Source: Streptomyces griseus (GTDB taxonomy: Bacteria; Bacteroidota; Bacteroidia; Chitinophagales; Chitinophagaceae). Taken from it: a stretch of DNA of 32,519 bases. The notes under the pieces are model-generated. The model was not told where the DNA came from, did not search any database, and worked only from the letters and a program-made list of their open reading frames with translations. The translations under genes and the position numbers were made by a program. This document shows, one piece after another, positions 23,569 through 32,519 of the stretch (positions are counted from its first letter, which is position 1; every line of letters starts with the position of its first letter). Where the stretch lies: assembly GCA_943323705.2 (NCBI GenBank), contig CALPIT020000001.1, positions 1 through 32,519 on the forward strand, read 5' to 3'.

Positions 23569-26397
23569 TCACCTTGCAACAATGATTTTTTTCGTTACGT
23601 TGCCAATTTTTATCAAATAAACACCTGAAGCAAAATGTCTGATGTTGATTCTAATGGTGTATGGCGGACTAGCCAGCGTTTGCTTTTCATGGTGAACAAA
23701 CTGTCCAAGTGCATTGTATATTTTTATTTCACCTGATATGGGGACCGCACAACTATTGTTTGTTTGAAAAAAAATATCCAAATAATCAGCAGCGGGATTG
23801 GGGAATATGCGTATTGCCTCATAATCCGGGTTACTTAAGCTTAGCATCAATGTAGCCATACTATCGCATCCTGCCGCATTCATTAATGCAACAGTATAGG
23901 AACCTGCCTTGTCACACGAAATACCATTCCATGCATAAGGAAGCTGATTGGAGCAAACATCCACGTAAGTTGTACTTTGTGAAGGAGTATTTGCAATAAG
24001 TGTCAGATTGATTACGCTGTCAAAGCCTGTAGATGTGGTAACTATAGTGGTGTAATTTCCTGGCGTTGTAAGCGATTGGCCATACCATAAATAAGGAAAG
24101 TCGTTAGTGCAAATTGAAAGGCTGGTATTGAATACATTTTCTGTCAATTTCACCAAATAAGTATTAAAATCTGATATTCCTCCCTGAAAAACCGGCTGGT
24201 GTCCGTTGCTCGTGGAGATGCCAGATGGGGAATATGTCAAGCCAGACAGATAAATCACACCATTTTTGTCTGTAAAGCAGACTCCCGCCTCCTCGTCGGA
24301 GGGTCCGCCGAAGTAAGTGCTCCATTCGCGCACGCCGTCATGGTTGAATTTGACCAGGAATGCATCTTTTCGGCCTCCTCCGGATTGAGGTTGGTAGCAA
24401 CCTGTTGTGCTAAAAACGATACTGGTGCTATCTAATGGCTCGAGATCGGCTGTGCCAAATAAAAAAACATTACCCTTGTGATCTGTGGCACATGAAAGTC
24501 CATAGTCTTCTCCTATGTCTCCATAATAAGTGCCCCATTGCCTAACACCTGCACTGTTGAATTTAACCAAAAAAGCATCTGCTGAATAAAGGCCAATGCT
24601 AAGCGCTTCCTGATGTGATGCTGAACTAGCTATTTCTGAAATGGAATAGGTAGATGCAGCCAAGTATATATTTGAAGAATCGTCTATGGCTAAAGCAGAT
24701 GACCACCAACTGAACATTTCATCATCCGGTCCACCATAATAAGTGCCCCATTCCCGCACTCCATTGGTATTGAACTTGGCCAAAAAAGCATCTCCGTGAT
24801 AGACACCCCCGTTACAATCGGGTTGATGACTGCCGGGTGTTGCAATGCCATTGCCAAAGCTAAATGTTTCACCGGTTATATAAATATTTCCGGAGGGATC
24901 CGCAATACACGCAAAAACTTGATCATTCCCTAAACCGCCATAATAGGTACCCCATTGACGAACACCTGCACTGTTGAATTTAACTAAAAAACCATCGCCG
25001 TAACCAGATCCTTGAAGAAATACCTGATGGCTTCCGGTTGTAGAAATACCTTGGGACGAAACAGTAACCCCAGTCAAATAAACATTATTTAATGAATCGG
25101 TGGCGCATGACCAGCCTCTATCTTCCTCGCTACCTCCATAATAAGTACCCCATTGACGAACACCTGCACTATTGAACTTTACCAAAAACGCATCCCCAAA
25201 ATAATAGCCTCCTCTGTATACAGTTTGATGGCTGCCCGGAGTTGCGATGGCTGTAGTTGATTTGGTTTGTCCGCTTAAATAGACAAATCCGGATGTATCG
25301 GTAACGCAGGACATTCCATATTCCTGATCGCTGCCACCATAATAGGTGCCCCATTGTCTCAAACCAGAGGCATTGAATTTGACCAAGAATGCGTCAGTCG
25401 CACCGCCTCCAAAAATACTTTGATGACTACCGACAGTTGCAATTTGAGTTCCAGTATGCGATGTTGTACCTCCACTCATATACACATCACCGGATTTGTC
25501 AATAGTCATTCTAACAATGCAAAAATTATTGCCACCGCCATAATACGTGCCCCATAAACGAACTATCGGGTCGATAACAAAAGGCTGATTACTGTCCAGA
25601 TTATCAATCTCAAATTGTATGGTATTGTTTTCGATAATCCATCGAACAGGCAAGACTTTTCCATTTTGTATAACCACAGGCGATTGCTTAGTCAATATTC
25701 CCAAGGGAGTTGCCAACAACAGATCCCCCTTTTCTGAGAGATACATGGAGTCTGCACCTTGAATGGCCATTTTGATTTGATGATAGTCGGCTCCTGCACT
25801 GACCTGGTAATCATATTCCAACTTTCCGTTTTTTTCATACCATACCATATCAATACCATCATAGATGTTTTTATAGCTGATTTGATTATAGCTTTTCACA
25901 TTCGTAATTCCTTGTGGACAATGAGCCAGATAAAAGTTGTTGTAGTCGTCAAGCATTCCCTTTTTAGTAATTGTTGCTAAAGGGTTTGCGCCAACCCAAT
26001 CGAAATCTAAGCGATAGATAGTGCTGCTATCAGGAATTTGCCGTGCTTTTTTCCCCTTTTCTTCGGGAAATTCTGCTATCTGTTTCCATGAATCCACTCG
26101 AGACAATTGATATGAAACACCGGTGTGTTTTAAATGAAAAACGAATTGACCATCGGTACCACTGAAAAGCACATCACGGCGCGGCTTGAAATTCTGATCG
26201 CATACCTGCCCCTTGTTTTCGGTAAAACAAACGCGTGGGTTGGCATTGGGATGATTTAGTGAGGATGAAGGGCCAATATCTGATAACGCTTTATAATTTC
26301 TAAAAGCGGCTTCGTTTTTCTTACTTATTTCATTTTGTCCAAAAATGTTTTGTCCAAAAATTGAAATGAATAGCATTAAGAATGCTGTTTTTTTCAT
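23569..26397 (-). CDS. SBBP beta-propeller repeat protein with T9SS type A CTD
   Basis: FTENKGQ N-domain, VIDP linker, six DAFL(V/A)KFN..G(V/L)R(Q/E)W.TY.GG-like repeats, IFPNP...GVYLIK CTD. Confidence 0.9.
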   Translation of the reverse strand: MKKTAFLMLFISIFGQNIFGQNEISKKNEAAFRNYKALSDIGPSSSLNHPNANPRVCFTENKGQVCDQNFKPRRDVLFSGTDGQFVFHLKHTGVSYQLSRVDSWKQIAEFPEEKGKKARQIPDSSTIYRLDFDWVGANPLATITKKGMLDDYNNFYLAHCPQGITNVKSYNQISYKNIYDGIDMVWYEKNGKLEYDYQVSAGADYHQIKMAIQGADSMYLSEKGDLLLATPLGILTKQSPVVIQNGKVLPVRWIIENNTIQFEIDNLDSNQPFVIDPIVRLWGTYYGGGNNFCIVRMTIDKSGDVYMSGGTTSHTGTQIATVGSHQSIFGGGATDAFLVKFNASGLRQWGTYYGGSDQEYGMSCVTDTSGFVYLSGQTKSTTAIATPGSHQTVYRGGYYFGDAFLVKFNSAGVRQWGTYYGGSEEDRGWSCATDSLNNVYLTGVTVSSQGISTTGSHQVFLQGSGYGDGFLVKFNSAGVRQWGTYYGGLGNDQVFACIADPSGNIYITGETFSFGNGIATPGSHQPDCNGGVYHGDAFLAKFNTNGVREWGTYYGGPDDEMFSWWSSALAIDDSSNIYLAASTYSISEIASSASHQEALSIGLYSADAFLVKFNSAGVRQWGTYYGDIGEDYGLSCATDHKGNVFLFGTADLEPLDSTSIVFSTTGCYQPQSGGGRKDAFLVKFNHDGVREWSTYFGGPSDEEAGVCFTDKNGVIYLSGLTYSPSGISTSNGHQPVFQGGISDFNTYLVKLTENVFNTSLSICTNDFPYLWYGQSLTTPGNYTTIVTTSTGFDSVINLTLIANTPSQSTTYVDVCSNQLPYAWNGISCDKAGSYTVALMNAAGCDSMATLMLSLSNPDYEAIRIFPNPAADYLDIFFQTNNSCAVPISGEIKIYNALGQFVHHEKQTLASPPYTIRINIRHFASGVYLIKIGNVTKKIIVAR

Positions 26398-26440
26398 GTT
26401 GATTTATTTCAAATGTATTGTCAATATTTTGGAGCTAAAA

Positions 26441-27745
26441 TTATTCTTTTACAACCTTAAATGTTTGCTTCAAATGTGTTCCAACACTTAAAAAATAAAT
26501 AGCTCTCGATAAATTTCTCAAATCAATAATAGTATTTTCTGAGGTAATATTTCCTTTTAAAACAGATTTTCCGGTGTTGTCATAAACAGAGTAAACTTCA
26601 CCAAACCATTTACTATCTGCTTTTAAATTTATTTTATTTGTTGTCGGATTGGGGTAAATTATCAATTCGATACTAGGGCTTGGGCTTACTTCCATTCGAA
26701 TAATTTTCGTAATGGTGTCAGAAAAAATGCAGTTTGAAACAACTAATGTTACATTGTATGTTCCACTATTTAAATAAGCATGAATTGGGTTTTGGATAAC
26801 AGAAGTACTTCCATCTCCAAAATCCCAAAAATAATCCAGTGTATTATTTATTGAAGTTGATAAATTAGTGAATGTGGCAGTATCCCCTGAAATTGATTCA
26901 CTGAAATTAGCGAAAGGTTTATTGACGAGAAGATTCCAATCATTTGAACTATTGAAAATAGTATTGTCTGCCATCATTTGATAATATTGTGCTAATGGAC
27001 TTGATAGCCCGGCAGTAAAGCTTAACCCGCTACTGTTTAGTTTCCATATGCTGCTAAAAATAGCACAAGCAGCCACATAGCTTCCATCTATATTTGGGTG
27101 ACTATTATCCCCAGTATGTAATACAAGTGTTGTGTCATTTAAAACATTTTGCCATACCACACCTACCGGGACGCATTGAATGTTTAGTTGTTCACTTATT
27201 TCAAGATAGGCGCTAGTTAGTGAATCCTGCATATGATTGAAATTCACAAAATTTGGACTGCAATATGTGTTGCTTGGATCACATTGTATTCCTCCAAATC
27301 TTCTGCCCCATGTCATATAAGTGATAATTTTCGCACAAGGGCTGTAATGATCAATAGTGTCTTTTAATTGCATTAATGAAGGATACATATCATTATAACG
27401 ATAGAAATCAATAGAAGGAATTTGACTTTGTTCCTGGATTACAATATAGTCCCAGTTTCCTTGCCTAATTTTATTTAAAGACGTTGCATCGTTTAAATGA
27501 CCTGAAATAGTAAAACCACCTGGAATGTTTGCGTCTACAAGAAGCGTTTTGCCTGCGGAGTTTGTCAGGTTTTTTACCAACTGAGGTAAGTTGTTTGCAG
27601 ATGTATAACTATTCCCCAAAAAAAGCACGGAGAGTGTATCCTGTCCATAAGTTTTAAGGCTAAAAAGGAATACTAATAATACAACAAAAATTCTTTTTAT
27701 TTCTACACTTTGATTTTTACTTTTAAAGTTTGCTAATGCTAACAT
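26441..27745 (-). CDS. SGNH-like hydrolase + PKD domain + T9SS type A CTD
   Basis: VLFLGNSYT, QEQSQIP, DNSHP; WDFGDG PKD; IYPNP CTD; start uncertain. Confidence 0.85.
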   Translation of the reverse strand: MLALANFKSKNQSVEIKRIFVVLLVFLFSLKTYGQDTLSVLFLGNSYTSANNLPQLVKNLTNSAGKTLLVDANIPGGFTISGHLNDATSLNKIRQGNWDYIVIQEQSQIPSIDFYRYNDMYPSLMQLKDTIDHYSPCAKIITYMTWGRRFGGIQCDPSNTYCSPNFVNFNHMQDSLTSAYLEISEQLNIQCVPVGVVWQNVLNDTTLVLHTGDNSHPNIDGSYVAACAIFSSIWKLNSSGLSFTAGLSSPLAQYYQMMADNTIFNSSNDWNLLVNKPFANFSESISGDTATFTNLSTSINNTLDYFWDFGDGSTSVIQNPIHAYLNSGTYNVTLVVSNCIFSDTITKIIRMEVSPSPSIELIIYPNPTTNKINLKADSKWFGEVYSVYDNTGKSVLKGNITSENTIIDLRNLSRAIYFLSVGTHLKQTFKVVKE

Positions 27746-27761
27746 TTTTATAATTTGAAAA

Positions 27762-27845
27762 TTAAAATACTCCTTTCATTATTTCCACGCCAATTGAATA
27801 ACCAAAAATTGACGCATTAACATATTTGTAGATACTGATTTTATT
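27762..27845 (-). pseudogene. Orphan diverged copy of the last 27 codons plus stop of the adjacent hydrolase gene
   Basis: NKISIYKYVNASIFGYSIGVEIMKGVF* vs NKIRIYKDANGKTYGYAIGVDVFKGQF* (27958-28041): 15/27 aa and 59/84 nt, ungapped, by hand count. Confidence 0.85.
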
Positions 27846-27957
27846 TTTTTTGTTGCTTGTATGTATTTTTTGATAGTGCAATATCTTGGGTAACTGATGT
27901 GCCGATTTATAAACAAAGTAACGTAGGTATTAAAATATTTTTTTAGCACGGTAATAT

Positions 27958-30324
27958 TTAAAATTGACCCTTAAACACATCAACACCAATTGCATACCCA
28001 TAGGTTTTTCCATTGGCATCTTTGTAGATTCTAATTTTATTACAAGCCATTCCTAAATTAACCTTCTCCCAGGTTTTACCGCCATCTTTTGTTTCGTAGC
28101 CAGAATTCATAGTGCCTACAAATCCGTGATTTTCATCAATAAAACCAACGCCAAATTCACGCGCACCGGCATCTTCAACCAAATTGATTTCTTTCCAGGT
28201 TTCACCGCCATCAGTTGTTTTAGCAATGCGTTGTTGTTTTATACTTGGATCAGGATTGTAAGATTGTATCGTTACATAACCTACTTCTTTTGTTGGAAAA
28301 GAGACCTTCCACGTGCCTTCAAATGGACGATTGGATTGATACACCTTTTTCCATGTTTTTCCTCCATCGTTGGTTTTTAAAATCAAAGCGTTTGATTTTT
28401 CTATATCCTCATCAGAGGCAGCACAAACAAAACCATTATTCTTATCAAACATTTTAATATCAAATAGCATTTTACAGTCATTGTTCATACTATTGGATGT
28501 CCAAGTTAAGCCACCATCGTGCGACACTATCATATTTGCGGGAGAGCCTACACGACCAACACCATAAATATGAAACTTGTAATCTATTTTTCCATGATTA
28601 ATGTATTGTTCTTTTACAATATCAATGGCGCAAAGTCCTTTAACATAAGGCCCACTATATTGTACCGGATTCCAGGTTTTGCCACCATCTATCGTTCCAT
28701 ATAAAGGAATCGTATCTGTAACATCGGGAAAATAGTCGGTTCCTACTGTGCCAGCAAATCCTCGTAAACTATCAACAAATGCAATGCAACGAAAAAATGT
28801 TCCTTTCTTTTCCAATTGTTTTTCCCAGTTCTCTCCTCCATTTTGTGTATGATAAATACTTCCGTAGCCATTTATATACCAGCCTTCATTTTCATTGATG
28901 AAGGCAATGTCATCTTGTTTACCTGGATAACGATATGTGTTTAATTTTTTCCATCCGTTTTCGGGTAGTTTTATTTCATCTTTTTTAGCAAGCACTTCGT
29001 TGCTCCATTTCACTGCTGAAAGTCCTATTTCATTATTATATTCATCAAACAATTGCTGTATCTGGCCATTTGAAAATTTATCATAAGCTTCCTGCATGGT
29101 TCCTGATTTGGCAAAATAATGGTCACTAGACGGATAGGTCATTAAGGTTGCATTTCCAGGATGGAAGTAATTAACGGTATTGACTATTTGCTGATGATCG
29201 GCTTTAGAAAATGCCTGGAAATCAGATTCTCCAAATTGTACCAATACTTTAGCGGTGGTATTTTTCCAGTTTTCTAAGTGAGGATAATCCTGAATCTGTC
29301 GCCAATATTCAGCATTTCTGGAATAAATTTTCCCTTTGCCATCATACTCCCAGCTGGTGCGTAAAATGCTGTCTGCTTTAGCGTCTTTAGCAATATCTTC
29401 TAGCTGCTCTTTTTTTACAAAATATCGATAATTTAAATCGTATTGAGCAACCACAGATTGTTCTACTTCAATCGGGTTCATTCCGGCCAATGCATTTTGT
29501 ATGCGGTACATTTCGATTTGATATTCAAACCAAGATTTAGCTGTTGTTCCATATACCACAACACCCGCAACATGATGTCTGGCAGTGATTGCCGGCGCAA
29601 CAATTCCGCCCATTGAGTGGCCAACAATGATGATTTGATTGGTATCTACATATGGGAGTGACTTCAACTTTTTTAATCCTGCCTCAAAATTTTCAATCTC
29701 ATCCATCAAATCACAAGACTCGCATGGTGGTGTATTTTGGCTATCGCCCAATCCACTTTTCTCGATGCGTAATGTAACATAACCTGCATCTACATATGCA
29801 TCCACAATTCGTTTGTAAGGATGATTGTTTGGCAAATCATCGATGCTACTGCAAGTATAGCCCGGAATAAAAAGCATCGCAGGCATCTTGTTATCTTTAA
29901 AAGGTTTATTAATGATGATACGCAATTGCCCCCCTTTATAATTAGCAGCATCATAAATTACAGTAGCATTATCATCTGTTTCAAATGGACGAGCAATCGC
30001 TTTCGCTTTTAATACAAGATTCTTTTTGTCGCGTAGAATGGTCAGTTGCACTTCTTGATTCGGAGTATATTTTAAGAATTGATTTATGAATTCGTCTGTA
30101 GATTCAAACGTAGCATTACCAATTTTTAGGATTAAATCGTTTTCCTGTAATTTAAGCGCTATACTTGTTCCTCTTGCAACTTGTTTTACTTTACAGCCTG
30201 TTGTTCCGTTCTCGGTAACATATTCCACTCGAGCACCAAATTGAACTTTACGCTGAAGCTGAGCATGAGTATTAATGGATATAATGGCAAGTAAAAAAAG
30301 TAAAATAATTGCACGCATAAGCAT
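27958..30324 (-). CDS. PDZ + alpha/beta hydrolase + BNR/YCF48-like beta-propeller fusion protein
   Basis: Signal peptide; LQENDLILKIG PDZ-like; GHSMGG nucleophile elbow; repeated (T/S)xDGGxTW Asp-boxes. Confidence 0.88.
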   Translation of the reverse strand: MLMRAIILLFLLAIISINTHAQLQRKVQFGARVEYVTENGTTGCKVKQVARGTSIALKLQENDLILKIGNATFESTDEFINQFLKYTPNQEVQLTILRDKKNLVLKAKAIARPFETDDNATVIYDAANYKGGQLRIIINKPFKDNKMPAMLFIPGYTCSSIDDLPNNHPYKRIVDAYVDAGYVTLRIEKSGLGDSQNTPPCESCDLMDEIENFEAGLKKLKSLPYVDTNQIIIVGHSMGGIVAPAITARHHVAGVVVYGTTAKSWFEYQIEMYRIQNALAGMNPIEVEQSVVAQYDLNYRYFVKKEQLEDIAKDAKADSILRTSWEYDGKGKIYSRNAEYWRQIQDYPHLENWKNTTAKVLVQFGESDFQAFSKADHQQIVNTVNYFHPGNATLMTYPSSDHYFAKSGTMQEAYDKFSNGQIQQLFDEYNNEIGLSAVKWSNEVLAKKDEIKLPENGWKKLNTYRYPGKQDDIAFINENEGWYINGYGSIYHTQNGGENWEKQLEKKGTFFRCIAFVDSLRGFAGTVGTDYFPDVTDTIPLYGTIDGGKTWNPVQYSGPYVKGLCAIDIVKEQYINHGKIDYKFHIYGVGRVGSPANMIVSHDGGLTWTSNSMNNDCKMLFDIKMFDKNNGFVCAASDEDIEKSNALILKTNDGGKTWKKVYQSNRPFEGTWKVSFPTKEVGYVTIQSYNPDPSIKQQRIAKTTDGGETWKEINLVEDAGAREFGVGFIDENHGFVGTMNSGYETKDGGKTWEKVNLGMACNKIRIYKDANGKTYGYAIGVDVFKGQF

Positions 30325-30364
30325 TTTTTCTTCAAAGAAACAAAGTTTGCCTAAGCCTTCTTTG

Positions 30365-31222
30365 TCAAAAATTGCTTTTTCTTATTGAGCCGGGAGTTTT
30401 ACCTAATTGCTGTTTAAAAGCTTTTGAAAATGAATGAACATCAGGAAAGCCAAATCGAATTGCCGTATAAGAAATATCATTGCCATTTATCAAATCAATT
30501 TTAGCCAACTCGAGTCGTTTGCGTTTTTGATATTGGTATGGTGAAATACCGAAGGTATTTTTGAAAACACGAATAAAGTGATATTTAGAAATACCAACTT
30601 GAAGTGAAATTTTATCTAGAGAAAGATTCTCCATAACATGGTCATCAATAAATGTTTTGGCAGAAAGGATTGCTCTGAATACATCTTCATTTGTGATGCC
30701 TTTTTTAAAACTCATTTTACTTAAATGGTCAAAAATAAATCGCTGATCGGTGATTATAGATTCTGCCAATGAATAAAAAAGTTCATCTCTTAAAATATCA
30801 TTATGATAGTTCTGATATTTAATCTTGTTATTGAGCTCAATTAATGAATAACCTAAGCTTGTATTTTTTACATTATATCGATTCACAAAAAATTGATCAG
30901 AAAGTAAAAATTCTTTTAGATCGGAACCATTAATATCATAGTAAAGGGCTACTTCAGAAATGATCTCGGTTGAAATATCTATACAAAGTCCTTGCACGGG
31001 TTGCTTTTGATTGATTTCAACAATCGATGAAGTAAAGTCATTACCGATGATGTATTCGCCTTCTTTAACAGTAAATTTTTTTTCATTTGCATAATATGTT
31101 TCTTCGCCCGATGCAACATACTTTATTCCCAGACCGGTAAAAGGCATTTCGCCATCAATTTTCGTGATTTTCGAAAACCGAATGGCATTTTTTTCTTCAT
31201 CCTTGTAAATTGTTTGATTCAT
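30365..31222 (-). CDS. AraC family transcriptional regulator
   Basis: SKYHFIRVFKNTFGISPYQY...RLELA...GFPDVHSFSKAFK..GKTP. Confidence 0.95.
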   Translation of the reverse strand: MNQTIYKDEEKNAIRFSKITKIDGEMPFTGLGIKYVASGEETYYANEKKFTVKEGEYIIGNDFTSSIVEINQKQPVQGLCIDISTEIISEVALYYDINGSDLKEFLLSDQFFVNRYNVKNTSLGYSLIELNNKIKYQNYHNDILRDELFYSLAESIITDQRFIFDHLSKMSFKKGITNEDVFRAILSAKTFIDDHVMENLSLDKISLQVGISKYHFIRVFKNTFGISPYQYQKRKRLELAKIDLINGNDISYTAIRFGFPDVHSFSKAFKQQLGKTPGSIRKSNF

Positions 31223-31598
31223 TATTGTTTTATCAGGTTGTGGCTAAAAGTTTTCGAATACACGCAGGAATAGCATTTTAGCACTGAACTTCAAATTTAA
31301 GAATTTCTGTCAAACGCTGTTGGTTCAATATATTGATTTGGCATTAATTAACTGGAGACAAATTTTACTATCAAACACTCATTGAAATTCGCTTCAGAAA
31401 TATTGTATTTATCTCTTAAATAATCAACTAAAAGTTTCGTAACATCAGAATAGAATTTGTTAGCAAATCTATAAAAAGATATTAGCTGTTTTTTAAGTGA
31501 TTTTTTTTCACTTATTTCCCGATGCAAAACTATAAAACCCTTACCAGTAAAGTTTTCATAGCCTAGCTAAAATGAGATATAAGAATATAAAATAAATC

Positions 31599-32519
31599 TT
31601 AAGGCCTTTGCCAAAAAAATGACGAATCATTTGTTTTATAAAAAACTACATTATTAAGTTTAGATTTTGAATCTTCAATACTATTATTTTGATCATCTAT
31701 TGATAAGAGCTGTACATATTTAACAACTTTACCATCCTTCCTGGTTTCTGTATCATACTCACTTATCAATGGACATTCTAGTCGGTATAAATTCTTGGCC
31801 ATATAAGTTTCTAAGTAAAATTGTTTTGTCTGTGATGTCTGTCTATTCCAATTTGCATCAGGATTAAGTAAAAGAGTCTTGCCATTAATCAATCTTTCGC
31901 GCACCTCTTCTATACCCAATAATTCACCTTTTTCATTCATCACATATGCATCCATAGTTGGGTCAATCCAAATCCATTTATTTAAATCATTGCTGTAAAC
32001 CATATTGATTACATGACAATCTGGATCCGTGGTATCTTTAGGCAAACAAGTTACAAACCGCGATTTTATTCCCATTGACAAATAACATTCATTCAACACC
32101 GTTGCGAGTCCGCGACAATTTAATCCCCTGCCCTCTTTTTTACATACCGAAATCATGTTCAATGCATTTCTAATTTCAGGATTATCATGCATTCCATCAT
32201 GGGGAATTAAATAATGAATCCAATGCAACAAGTTAATAATTTTCGAAACCTCATTCCCAGTTCCAGCAATTGAATCCAATTTTAATTCCTGTCTGATTTT
32301 AACTAGACTTGGGTTATCCATTGGCTGGTATTCAAATTTTGGAATACTGGTGTTGGTTGAATTATTATAACTTTTGGCCGTTTTTAAAATTGATAAATAA
32401 GAAGGCTTGAATTGCACTTGAGTGTATGCTGAATCTTTGCCGTTCAATAAAACAATGAAATCGTATTTCCAATTTTCATCCTGCTTCACTTTGATTTTTA
32501 TAGAATCTATATCCGTATA
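31599..32519 (-). CDS. Transglutaminase-like domain protein, 5' end outside the window
   Basis: NCRGLA, DCHVIN, WIWIDPT give a Cys-His-Asp triad; frame stays open from 32489 to the window edge (YTDIDSIKIK). Confidence 0.88.
   Translation of the reverse strand, partial: YTDIDSIKIKVKQDENWKYDFIVLLNGKDSAYTQVQFKPSYLSILKTAKSYNNSTNTSIPKFEYQPMDNPSLVKIRQELKLDSIAGTGNEVSKIINLLHWIHYLIPHDGMHDNPEIRNALNMISVCKKEGRGLNCRGLATVLNECYLSMGIKSRFVTCLPKDTTDPDCHVINMVYSNDLNKWIWIDPTMDAYVMNEKGELLGIEEVRERLINGKTLLLNPDANWNRQTSQTKQFYLETYMAKNLYRLECPLISEYDTETRKDGKVVKYVQLLSIDDQNNSIEDSKSKLNNVVFYKTNDSSFFWQRP

Noticed and set aside
24300-25560. Near-identical DNA repeats inside the SBBP gene as DGR template/variable repeats
   Set aside because: They are in-frame propeller-blade repeats differing mostly at synonymous positions; no reverse transcriptase and no adenine-specific pattern
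6061-30012. Remaining short ORFs nested in or antisense to long genes (for example 6061, 9210, 10774, 13848, 17453, 21496, 22070, 24199, 28126, 29821)
   Set aside because: Fully overlap well-supported genes and carry no recognisable motifs

Overview
AT-rich Bacteroidetes chromosome segment (Chitinophagaceae-like, judged from T9SS C-terminal domains, TAnnTTTG promoters and gene content). The left 20 kb is mostly housekeeping: rpoN, a YddW/GHL10 glycoside hydrolase, an AI-2E transporter, a radical SAM protein, a lytic transglycosylase, an M1 peptidase, a GH25 muramidase, a merC-like / SCO / Fur-family cluster, an M3 peptidase, an outer-membrane beta-barrel, a DUF2892-OsmC-DUF6132-rhodanese operon and an ArsR regulator. 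The right 12 kb is a co-oriented minus-strand run of T9SS cargo and accessory genes. I see no rRNA, tRNA, CRISPR array, transposase, integrase or reverse transcriptase. The most unusual signals are non-coding. (1) An ~80-bp hairpin + promoter-like + 8-bp-periodic palindrome module occurs three times with identical internal spacing: twice in tandem before arsR, and once 20 kb away before a cupredoxin-like lipoprotein that lacks copper ligands. (2) Two copies of a ~165-bp MITE/REP-like element with 29-30-bp inverted ends bracket rpoN, and one supplies a gene's stop codon. (3) CTRGATN heptamer and GCTGGATAN nonamer arrays flank the lipoprotein gene. (4) Orphan gene 3' ends lie in the spacers of the right-hand array, including a diverged copy of the C-terminus of the adjacent hydrolase gene. 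All family calls come from motif recognition by eye, not database searches.
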